From an uncultured Streptococcus sp. (GTDB taxonomy: Bacteria > Bacillota > Bacilli > Lactobacillales > Streptococcaceae): 57,135 nucleotides of DNA. Position 1 is the first letter of the stretch. Every line of letters begins with the position of its first letter. The notes beneath the pieces were generated by a model that saw only the letters and a list, made by a program, of their open reading frames with translations, had not been told where the DNA came from and searched no databases. Location of the stretch: contig CAUSQY010000001.1 in the NCBI GenBank assembly GCA_963533645.1, forward strand, positions 1 through 57,135. Direction: 5' to 3'. The translations under genes were made by a program, and so were the position numbers. Below, in pieces: positions 49,165-57,135 of the stretch.

Positions 49165-49649
49165 TTGATACGTACCAATCCTTTACCGAACTCAACCATT
49201 TCTTCATTTGAAACGAGAATTTCTGTCACCACACCATCCTTAGGTGCAGGGATTTCATTCATGACTTTCATGGCTTCGATGATCACCAAAGTCTGACCTT
49301 TTTTAACACTGTCTCCGACTGTGACAAAGGCAGGTTTATCTGGTCCAGCAGCCAAGTAAGCCACCCCTACAAGTGGACTCTCAACGACATCACCCTCTGG
49401 AGCAACCGTCGTTTCAGCTGGTGCTGGAGCTTCTTCCACTGCACTCTCTACTGGAGTTGAAGGGGCAGAAACTACTGGATTTGCAGCTACTGTAGTTGGC
49501 ACTGGAGCAACTTGAGCTGGTGCTTCAGAAGCCATTCTTGCTTCATTCTTACTAAACTGCAATTCATCCGTTCCGTTTTTATAAGAAAATTCTCTCAAAC
49601 TTGATTGGTCAAATTGAGCCATCAAGTCCTTGATCTCATTTAAATTCAT
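49161..49649 (-). CDS. accB: biotin carboxyl carrier protein
   Basis: EAMKVMNEI biotinylation motif; Ala/Pro linker. Confidence 0.97.
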   Translation of the reverse strand: MNLNEIKDLMAQFDQSSLREFSYKNGTDELQFSKNEARMASEAPAQVAPVPTTVAANPVVSAPSTPVESAVEEAPAPAETTVAPEGDVVESPLVGVAYLAAGPDKPAFVTVGDSVKKGQTLVIIEAMKVMNEIPAPKDGVVTEILVSNEEMVEFGKGLVRIK

Positions 49650-49651
49650 AA

Positions 49652-50887
49652 TTATTTATTCTCCCAACGTTTGAAAGCAAGAACCGCATTGTGTCCACCA
49701 AAACCAAAAGTGTTTGAAATAGCATAAGGGATTTCTTGCTCCAAGCCTTGTCCATAAACGACATTCGCTTCGATATAGTCTGATAACTCGCTTGTTCCAG
49801 CTGTCATTGGTACATAGTTATGACGCATAGCTTCGATGGTAGCGATGGCTTCTACTGCCCCTGCAGCACCAAGCAAGTGTCCTGTAAAGGACTTGGTTGA
49901 AGATACAGGTACTTCTTTACCAAGAACAGCTACGATCGCACCACTTTCTCCTTTTTCATTAGCAGGAGTTGAAGTTCCGTGGGCGTTGACATAAGCCACT
50001 TGCTCTGGAGAAATTTCTGCTTCTTCCAAAGCCAACTTCATAGCCTTAATCGCACCTTGACCTTCTGGATGAGGTGAAGTCATATGGTAAGCATCACAGG
50101 TATTACCATAGCCAACTACTTCAGCCAAGATGGTCGCCCCACGTTTTTCAGCATGTTCAAGGCTTTCAAGAACCAACATTCCTGAACCTTCTCCCATCAC
50201 AAAACCATTACGGTCTTTGTCAAATGGGATAGAAGCACGAGTTGGATCCTCTGTAGTTGATAGGGCGGTCAAAGCTTGGAAACCAGCGATAGCAAAAGGA
50301 GTGATAGATGATTCTGATCCACCAACTAACATGACATCTTGGAAACCAAACTTGATAGAACGGAAGGCATCCCCAATGGCATCGTTTGATGAGGCACAGG
50401 CTGTATTGATTGATTTACAGATACCGTTTGCTCCGAAACGCATAGCAACATTTCCTGAAGCCATATTTGGCAAGGCTTTTGGAAGTGTCATTGGTTTAAC
50501 GCGTTTTGGACCTTTTTCATGAAGGCGGATAACCTGATCTTCGATTTCTTTAATTCCCCCAATACCAGAAGCAACGATGACACCAAAGCGATCTTTATCG
50601 ATTGCTTCTACATCAAGATTTGCATTTGTCACCGCTTCTTGAGCTGCATACAAGGCATACAAAGAATAGTTATCAAAACGGTTGGTATCTTTTTTGACAA
50701 AGTATTTATCAAATGGGAAATCTTGGACTTCTGCTGCATTGTGCACAGCAAATTCGCTATGATCAAACTTAGTGATTTCTCCAATTCCAATCTTCCCAGT
50801 TTGCAAACTGTTCCAAAATTCTTCTGGAGTATTTCCGATAGGAGAGGTCAATCCGTAACCTGTTACTACAACTCGATTTAGTTTCAT
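49652..50887 (-). CDS. fabF: 3-oxoacyl-ACP synthase II
   Basis: TACASS, NAHGTST, GHLLGAAG, SNTFGFGGHN. Confidence 0.97.
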   Translation of the reverse strand: MKLNRVVVTGYGLTSPIGNTPEEFWNSLQTGKIGIGEITKFDHSEFAVHNAAEVQDFPFDKYFVKKDTNRFDNYSLYALYAAQEAVTNANLDVEAIDKDRFGVIVASGIGGIKEIEDQVIRLHEKGPKRVKPMTLPKALPNMASGNVAMRFGANGICKSINTACASSNDAIGDAFRSIKFGFQDVMLVGGSESSITPFAIAGFQALTALSTTEDPTRASIPFDKDRNGFVMGEGSGMLVLESLEHAEKRGATILAEVVGYGNTCDAYHMTSPHPEGQGAIKAMKLALEEAEISPEQVAYVNAHGTSTPANEKGESGAIVAVLGKEVPVSSTKSFTGHLLGAAGAVEAIATIEAMRHNYVPMTAGTSELSDYIEANVVYGQGLEQEIPYAISNTFGFGGHNAVLAFKRWENK

Positions 50888-50915
50888 CTGTCTTACCTAT
50901 ATCTTTCCTTATTTT

Positions 50916-51647
50916 TTACATGCTAAGTCCGCCATCAACAGCGAGAACTTGTCCAGTCAAATAATCCTGTCCAGCCAGGAACACTGTAGCATCTGCGATA
51001 TGTTCTGCTTGACCGAACTGTTTCATTGGGATTTGTGCCAATGTCGCTTCCTTGACCTTATCAGACAAAACAGCAGTCATATCTGACTCGATCATTCCTG
51101 GTGCAAGAGCATTTACGCGCACATTGCGATTGGCAACTTCACGTGCTACTGACTTGGTAAACCCAATCAAACCCGCTTTAGAAGCCGCATAGTTGGCTTG
51201 TCCGATATTTCCCATCAAACCGACCACACTCGACATATTGATAATCGCACCTTCACGTGCCTTGATCATCTGTTTCAAGACTGCTTGCGTCATGTTGAAA
51301 GCACCTGTCAAGTTGATCTTAATCACTTTTTCAAAGTCTTCCTCGGTCATCTTAAGCATGAGGGTATCCTGAGTGATCCCAGCATTGTTGACCAAGACAT
51401 CAACAGAACCGAGTTCTGCAATCGCTTGATCTACCATACGCTTGGCATCTGCAAAGTCTGAAACATCACCTGAAATCGGTACTACTTTGACACCATAGTT
51501 TGAAAACTCAGCCAGCAATTCTTCTGAGATTGCTCCGCGACTATTCAAAACTACATTAGCGCCTAGTTGGGCAAATTTGTGAGCAATGGCAAGTCCGATA
51601 CCACGACTTGAACCTGTTACAAAGACATTTTTGTTTGTAAGTTGCAT
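50916..51647 (-). CDS. fabG: 3-oxoacyl-ACP reductase
   Basis: TGSSRGIG, NNAGIT, YAASK. Confidence 0.97.
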   Translation of the reverse strand: MQLTNKNVFVTGSSRGIGLAIAHKFAQLGANVVLNSRGAISEELLAEFSNYGVKVVPISGDVSDFADAKRMVDQAIAELGSVDVLVNNAGITQDTLMLKMTEEDFEKVIKINLTGAFNMTQAVLKQMIKAREGAIINMSSVVGLMGNIGQANYAASKAGLIGFTKSVAREVANRNVRVNALAPGMIESDMTAVLSDKVKEATLAQIPMKQFGQAEHIADATVFLAGQDYLTGQVLAVDGGLSM

Positions 51648-51692
51648 TCTATTTCTCCTATTTCCTGTTGTATTTTGTGGGAGAAGGGATCA

Positions 51693-52613
51693 TTAGTTTC
51701 CTAACAAAGCACCCAAGCTTGCTTGGTCTTCAACGTTAGCTAGCTGGGCTGTTTTATCGATTTTTTTGACAAAGCCTGATAGGACCTTACCAGGACCAAT
51801 TTCAATAAAGTTGGTTACCCCAGCATCCTGCATCACAGCAATACTTTCATAAAAACGAACAGGTTCTTTGACCTGACGCGTCAAAAGCTCTTGGATTCGA
51901 CCTTTTTCCATAACAGCAGCTTCCGTATTGCCGACTAGTGGGCAAGTAAAGTCAGAGAAACTCACTCCTTCAAGAACTCCAGCTAGTTGCTGACTGGCTG
52001 GCTCAAGAAGGGCTGTATGAAAAGGACCAGATACATTTAAAGGAATCAATCGTTTTGCTCCTGCTTCCTGCAAGAGTTCAACTGCGCGGTCAACTGCAGT
52101 CACCTCACCACCGATAACGATTTGGCTTGGGGTGTTGTAGTTAGCTGGAGTCACTACTCCAACTTTAGAGGCTGTTTCACAAGCTTCCTCAATCACTTCA
52201 ACTGGAGTATTAAGAACGGCTACCATCTTTCCAGATCCTGCAGGTGCAGCCTCTTCCATATAAGCACCACGCTTAGCAACCAAGGCAACTGCCTCTTCGA
52301 AGTCCAAGGCACCACTTGCTACAAGAGCAGAATATTCCCCAAGAGACAATCCTGCTACCATATCCGGCTGATAACCCTTTTCTTTCAATAGTCGGTAAAT
52401 AGAAACCGAAGTCGCTAAAATAGCTGGCTGCGTATAGCGAGTCTGGTTTAACTTGGTTTCTTCCTTATCGATCAAGTCACGAAGGTCATAACCCAAAACC
52501 TGACTGGCTTGGTCAATTGTTTCCTTGACGATAGGATAGCGATCATAGAGATCTCGCCCCATTCCTAGATACTGAGCACCTTGACCTGCAAATAGAAAGG
52601 CTGTTTTAGTCAT
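51693..52613 (-). CDS. fabD: malonyl-CoA:ACP transacylase
   Basis: GQGAQ, GLSLGEY, VSGPFHT. Confidence 0.97.
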   Translation of the reverse strand: MTKTAFLFAGQGAQYLGMGRDLYDRYPIVKETIDQASQVLGYDLRDLIDKEETKLNQTRYTQPAILATSVSIYRLLKEKGYQPDMVAGLSLGEYSALVASGALDFEEAVALVAKRGAYMEEAAPAGSGKMVAVLNTPVEVIEEACETASKVGVVTPANYNTPSQIVIGGEVTAVDRAVELLQEAGAKRLIPLNVSGPFHTALLEPASQQLAGVLEGVSFSDFTCPLVGNTEAAVMEKGRIQELLTRQVKEPVRFYESIAVMQDAGVTNFIEIGPGKVLSGFVKKIDKTAQLANVEDQASLGALLGN

Positions 52614-53580
52614 TTCTTACAACTCCTGCCCAACGAGAGGCTTCTTCTTGAATTTTTTTGGCAGCGCCATAGTATAGATCTTTTAGGATTTCTTCGACAG
52701 TTTCCTCTTTAGAAACCAAACCAGCAATCTGACCTGCCATGACAGATCCACCTTCTACATCTCCATGAACAACGGCTTTAGCAAGAGCACCAGCTCCCAT
52801 TTGCTCAAAAATTTCTAAATCTGGATCTTCTTGTTTAAAGGCATCCTTTTCAGCCTGTTCAAAGTCACGTGTCAACTGATTTTTAATGGCGCGAACAGCA
52901 TGTCCAAAATGTTGAGCTGAAATAGTCGTATCGATATCACGCGCTTTTAAGATTTTTTCCTTGTATTTTGGATGAGCGTTAGATTCCTTAGCTACTACGA
53001 AACGCGTACCAACTTGAACAGCCTCTGCACCAAGCATAAAGCCTGCAGCGACACCTTCACCGTCGGCAATTCCTCCAGCTGCGATAACTGGAATTGAAAC
53101 AGCTGCAGCAACTTGGCGAACCAAGGTCATGGTTGTTAATTTACCAATATGTCCACCGGCTTCCATTCCCTCTGCAATAACTGCATCTGCACCAATTTTT
53201 TCCATACGTTTTGCCAAAGCAACACTTGGAACAACAGGAATAACTGTAATTCCTGCATCATGGAAACGAGTCATGTATTTACTTGGATTTCCTGCACCAG
53301 TTGTAACCACCTTGACCCCTTCTTCAATCACGAGATCAACGATGTCTTCTACAAAAGGTGACAAGAGCATGATGTTGACACCAAAAGGTTTGTCCGTAAG
53401 TGATTTGATTTTATCGATATTAGCCTTTACGACCTCTTTAGGTGCATTCCCACCACCAATGATCCCTAGACCACCAGCTTTTGATACTGCACCAGCCAAG
53501 TCACCATCAGCAACCCAGGCCATTCCTCCTTGAAAAATAGGATAATCAATGTTCAATAATTCTGTAATACGTGTTTTCAT
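52606..53580 (-). CDS. fabK: enoyl-ACP reductase II
   Basis: PIFQGGMAWVA, EGMEAGGHIG, AAGGIADG. Confidence 0.97.
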   Translation of the reverse strand: MKTRITELLNIDYPIFQGGMAWVADGDLAGAVSKAGGLGIIGGGNAPKEVVKANIDKIKSLTDKPFGVNIMLLSPFVEDIVDLVIEEGVKVVTTGAGNPSKYMTRFHDAGITVIPVVPSVALAKRMEKIGADAVIAEGMEAGGHIGKLTTMTLVRQVAAAVSIPVIAAGGIADGEGVAAGFMLGAEAVQVGTRFVVAKESNAHPKYKEKILKARDIDTTISAQHFGHAVRAIKNQLTRDFEQAEKDAFKQEDPDLEIFEQMGAGALAKAVVHGDVEGGSVMAGQIAGLVSKEETVEEILKDLYYGAAKKIQEEASRWAGVVRND

Positions 53581-53626
53581 AGTGCCTCCATCATTCCTTG
53601 CTTACGTAATAGTTCGACGAGTTTAT

Positions 53627-53643
53627 CATTTGAGTTTCAAACT
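53627..53643. promoter_or_regulatory. probable FabT operator at the fabK promoter
   Basis: tttga-gtt-tcaaa palindrome next to an extended -10 (TGATAAACT, minus strand). Confidence 0.55.
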
Positions 53644-53697
53644 ATTACCTAAACAAGAGGGAGTGGGTTTCCCCTACTCCTTCTAGTAATATGTTAA

Positions 53698-53922
53698 TTA
53701 TTTTGTTTGCTCTTCAACGTAGGCAACCAAGTCACCAACTGTTTTCAAATTATCTTCTGCTTCGATTTGGATATCAAAAGCATCTTCGATTTCAGAGATT
53801 ACTTGGAACAAGTCCAATGAATCTGCATCCAAATCATCAAAAGTAGACTCAAGTGTTACTTCTGATGCGTCTTTCCCAAGTTCTTCAACGATAATTTCTT
53901 GTACTTTTTCAAATACTGCCAT
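53698..53922 (-). CDS. acpP: acyl carrier protein
   Basis: DLDADSLDL phosphopantetheine site. Confidence 0.97.
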   Translation of the reverse strand: MAVFEKVQEIIVEELGKDASEVTLESTFDDLDADSLDLFQVISEIEDAFDIQIEAEDNLKTVGDLVAYVEEQTK

Positions 53923-53979
53923 GATAGGACTCCTTTAAAATATAAAAAATTTATAACTATGTGTTTACCACATGATTAC

Positions 53980-54954
53980 CTAGATTGTAAGAATGAGTGT
54001 GCCCCATGTCAAACCTCCTCCGAAGCCTGATAGGAGAATCGTCTGGCTACCATCTAAACGAATCATACCATTCTCCACACACTCTGAGAGCAAAATCGGG
54101 ATACTTGCTGCACTGGTATTCCCATACTCCATCATATTGGCTGGAAGTTTGTCTCGGTCAACGCCGATCTTCTTAGCCATCTTATCCAAAATGCGGATAT
54201 TTGCCTGATGAAGCAAGAGATAATCCAATTCCGATGCTGCGATTGGACCATTTTCAATGGTTTCTTTGATCGATCTAGCAACATCACGATTTGCAAAATC
54301 AAAAACTGCTCGTCCATCCATTTTCAAAAAAGCAGGAACTACTTCTTGATCCGAGAAAGGAGAAGCCAAAGCCGTTTGACCATAGGTCAAACACTCGCTC
54401 CGAGAGCCATCTGTATAGAGACTTTCCACAAGGAAGTGACGTGTTTCGCTCGCTTCCAAGAGAACCCCACCAGCTCCATCTCCAAAGAGAACAGCTGTCG
54501 AACGATCTGACCAATCAACTGCCTTGGACAAGGTCTCAGCCCCGATAACAATCCCTTTTTTGAACTGTCCAGAACTTAAAAACTTTTCTGCAGTTGAGAG
54601 AGCGAATACAAAGCCACTGCAAGCTGCTGTCAGATCAAAGGCGAAAGCTCTATGCGCTCCGATATTTGCCTGAACTCGAGCTGCCGTGGAAGGCATCATC
54701 GAGTCTGGAGTAATCGTCGCTACAATAATAAAATCAATCTGATCCGCTGTTAAGCTCCCTTTAGCCAACAAGCTCTTAGCTACTTCTGTCGCCAAATCAC
54801 TTGTAGACTCTGTTTTTGAGATATGTCTCTGTTTAATTCCTGTCCGACTTGAAATCCACTCATCGCTTGTGTCCATTATTTGGGCTAAGTCATGATTAGT
54901 GACCACTTGCTCTGGAACATAATGAGCAACCTGGCTTATTTTTGCAAAAGCCAT
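53980..54954 (-). CDS. fabH: 3-oxoacyl-ACP synthase III
   Basis: [26 protein letters not shown]. Confidence 0.97.
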   Translation of the reverse strand: MAFAKISQVAHYVPEQVVTNHDLAQIMDTSDEWISSRTGIKQRHISKTESTSDLATEVAKSLLAKGSLTADQIDFIIVATITPDSMMPSTAARVQANIGAHRAFAFDLTAACSGFVFALSTAEKFLSSGQFKKGIVIGAETLSKAVDWSDRSTAVLFGDGAGGVLLEASETRHFLVESLYTDGSRSECLTYGQTALASPFSDQEVVPAFLKMDGRAVFDFANRDVARSIKETIENGPIAASELDYLLLHQANIRILDKMAKKIGVDRDKLPANMMEYGNTSAASIPILLSECVENGMIRLDGSQTILLSGFGGGLTWGTLILTI

Positions 54955-55388
54955 TATTTCAAATCCTCCAAAAATTGATAAAGGTTCGTCAATCCCCTGC
55001 CCATCACTTCTATCTCTTCAGGACTCATGCCATCGATAATTTTTTCGACCATGGCCTTGTGGAAACGTTTATGAAGGCGGTGAACCAAACGACCTTTCTT
55101 TGTCAAATGCAGATAGACCACTCGACGGTCTTGGTCAGAACGAATACGCTCAATATAACCTTTTCTCTCCAGGTTATTCAAACTCGTCGTCACTGTTCCA
55201 AGAGTTACCATCAGTTCTTTGGAAACCTTACTTGGCGTTGCCTCCGGGAACTTCCCAATCACATCGATCGTGTGCATTTCTTTGATGGAGATGTCTTTGA
55301 ATCGACTACCTCGTAAGCTAACCTCCTCAATCACAAGGACGTTATTAAAAATAGATGTTAGATAATCATTTACTTGTTGGTAGTCCAA
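54954..55388 (-). CDS. fabT: MarR-family fatty acid biosynthesis repressor
   Basis: wHTH with [16 protein letters not shown]...LT.KG; TTG start; position. Confidence 0.95.
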   Translation of the reverse strand: MDYQQVNDYLTSIFNNVLVIEEVSLRGSRFKDISIKEMHTIDVIGKFPEATPSKVSKELMVTLGTVTTSLNNLERKGYIERIRSDQDRRVVYLHLTKKGRLVHRLHKRFHKAMVEKIIDGMSPEEIEVMGRGLTNLYQFLEDLK

Positions 55389-55411
55389 ATCGTTTCCCTC
55401 CCCCTCAAAAA

Positions 55412-55428
55412 GCTTTTACAATCAAAAC
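55412..55428 (-). promoter_or_regulatory. FabT operator at the fabT promoter
   Basis: GTTTTGATTGTAAAAGC, matching the pneumococcal PfabT palindrome as recalled. Confidence 0.7.
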
Positions 55429-55478
55429 ATTTGATAAAAGAAGTATAACAAACTTCAAAAAATTGTGCAAGTATTTTT

Positions 55479-56264
55479 TTACATTCCTGTAAATTTCGGT
55501 CTTCTTCTTTCAGAATGTGCTCGAACCCCTTCTTTAAAATCTTCAGTTAAAGATAACGATTCTTGTAATTTCAATTCTAATTCAGCATAATTCTGCCAAT
55601 CCTTAAATTGACTTTCCCAAACTAACTTTTTAATCGCTGCGTATGAGTTTGCTGAACCTCTTCTTAATTTTTTCAGAACTTGTTCTCTTGTTTTTTCTAA
55701 TTTGTCAACTTCACAAACACGGTATACCACGCCCCATTCTAGCGCTTTTTCAGCAGTTAAGGCTTCACCTGTCATAGCAAGTTGTGCAGCCCGTGTTACC
55801 CCGATACTACGACTCAAGAGATGAATCCCACCAGCGTCTGGCGCCAATCCCACTCCGACAAAGGCTTGGATAAATTTTGCCTTGTCAGTCGCCAAACAAA
55901 AATCGACTGCTACTGCCATATTTGCTGCAGCACCAGCAACCGCTCCATCTACCTCCATCAAAACAGGTTTTGGAATTTGCTTTATTTTAAAAGAAATTGT
56001 ATTGACTAATTCTGCAATCTTATTCAAAGAAGGGATATCATCTTCGTCTACTGCTCGTTTCATCTCAACCAAGTCTCCCCCGACTGAAAAAACCTTCCCA
56101 TTAGCATTAATCAAGATGAACTGCACAGCTTGATCCTGCTCTGCTAGAGTCAAAGCTTCTAAAATCTCCTCACACATTGGGATATGGAAACCATTTGCCA
56201 CTTCGGGACGATTCAAAGTAATGATAGCCAGATCATCTACGATCTGATATAAGATATGATTCAT
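55479..56264 (-). CDS. fabM: trans-2,cis-3-decenoyl-ACP isomerase
   Basis: Crotonase fold LNRPE..N, FSVGGDL, AF..VGLAPD.GG; ATG at 56264 after AAGGAG (261 aa). Confidence 0.95.
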   Translation of the reverse strand: MNHILYQIVDDLAIITLNRPEVANGFHIPMCEEILEALTLAEQDQAVQFILINANGKVFSVGGDLVEMKRAVDEDDIPSLNKIAELVNTISFKIKQIPKPVLMEVDGAVAGAAANMAVAVDFCLATDKAKFIQAFVGVGLAPDAGGIHLLSRSIGVTRAAQLAMTGEALTAEKALEWGVVYRVCEVDKLEKTREQVLKKLRRGSANSYAAIKKLVWESQFKDWQNYAELELKLQESLSLTEDFKEGVRAHSERRRPKFTGM

Positions 56265-56488
56265 AGCTTCTCCTTTTCTTTTATAAGGCAATAAAATTGT
56301 TTTATCATCAAAGTATACCTTTTTTTGGATAAAGAGGCAAGAAAAAACTAAAGGAAAGTGTCTCAGCTGATTATTCACCCATCATTTATGAATGTGAGAG
56401 AAATTTTACACACTTACTTTTAAACCGTTATCGCTTTTCAGAATAAGTTAGTGTTTTCTTCTATTATAATAGGAAGTTATTTTCTTCA

Positions 56489-56517
56489 TTGAAAAATACC
56501 CCTCTTTCTGCTATAAT
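56489..56517 (+). promoter_or_regulatory. sigma-A promoter for lysC
   Basis: TTGAAA-17nt-TATAAT with TG extension. Confidence 0.75.
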
Positions 56518-56546
56518 CGTATAAAATACTTACTTGAGGAGTCCTT

Positions 56547-57135
56547 ATGAAGGTTGTAAAATTTGGCGGAAGCTCGCTTGCCTCTGCTGGTCAGTTAGAA
56601 AAAGTCTTAAACATCGTTAAAAGTGATAAAGAACGCCGTTTTGTAGTTGTTTCTGCACCCGGCAAACGCAATGCTGAAGATACCAAGGTAACTGATGCCT
56701 TGATTAAATACTATCGCGACTATGTGGCTGGAAATGACATCAGTGCTAGCCAAAGCTGGATCATTGATCGTTATGCCGCTATGGTTAGTGAACTAGGGTT
56801 AAAACCTGCTGTTTTAGAAAAAATCTCTAAAAGTATTCGAGCCTTGGCAACTCTTCCTATAGAGGACAATGAATTTCTCTATGATACCTTCCTAGCTGCT
56901 GGAGAAAATAACAATGCCAAATTGATTGCAGCCTACTTTAACCAAAACGGCATTGATGCACGCTATGTTCACCCAAGAGAAGCTGGGATCGTTGTCACAA
57001 GTGAACCAGGAAACGCACGCATCATCCCATCTAGTTATGACAAGATTGAAGGCTTGGCTGATAGCAACGAAGTCCTTGTTATCCCTGGTTTCTTTGGTGT
57101 GACTAAGGAAAATCAAATCTGTACTTTTTCACGTG
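56547..57135 (+). CDS. lysC: aspartate kinase (3' end outside window)
   Basis: Manual translation: MKVVKFGGSSLASAGQLEKV..VVVSAPGKR..KVTD, open to the window end. Confidence 0.95.
   Translation, partial: MKVVKFGGSSLASAGQLEKVLNIVKSDKERRFVVVSAPGKRNAEDTKVTDALIKYYRDYVAGNDISASQSWIIDRYAAMVSELGLKPAVLEKISKSIRALATLPIEDNEFLYDTFLAAGENNNAKLIAAYFNQNGIDARYVHPREAGIVVTSEPGNARIIPSSYDKIEGLADSNEVLVIPGFFGVTKENQICTFSR

Noticed and set aside
56380..56546. Lysine riboswitch or T-box upstream of lysC
   Set aside because: The promoter lies only ~30 nt from the start codon, leaving no room for a leader

Overview
Mitis-group Streptococcus chromosome, most like S. oralis (inferred from gene content and sequence). Left to right: (1) core block nadD-yhbY-yqeH-yqeG-corA-mscS / sstT-DUF939. 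(2) A ~6.8 kb AT-rich, minus-strand array of small accessory genes (6704-13498) that looks like an orphan polymorphic-toxin/T7SS immunity island: a GAD-like/Tdi1 gene, three mosaic DUF600/EsaG-like paralogues (one with a nonsense codon), membrane paralogues, possible vestigial toxin tails and internal terminator-promoter modules. No toxin or T7SS genes lie in the window. (3) A complete accessory Sec locus (secY2, asp1-5, secA2, gtfA, gtfB, two GT8 enzymes) with a ~2320-aa Siglec-type serine-rich repeat adhesin. (4) prfC with a highly structured 3' region, and gatCAB. (5) An accessory Tim44/zinc-ribbon + SPFH gene pair. (6) efp-asp23-nusB. (7) A divergent BriC-like double-glycine peptide with a ComE-type box, flanked by duplicated CAAX/Abi genes. 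(8) The full FASII cluster (fabM, fabT to accA) and the start of lysC. Family assignments come from motif recognition by eye, not database searches.
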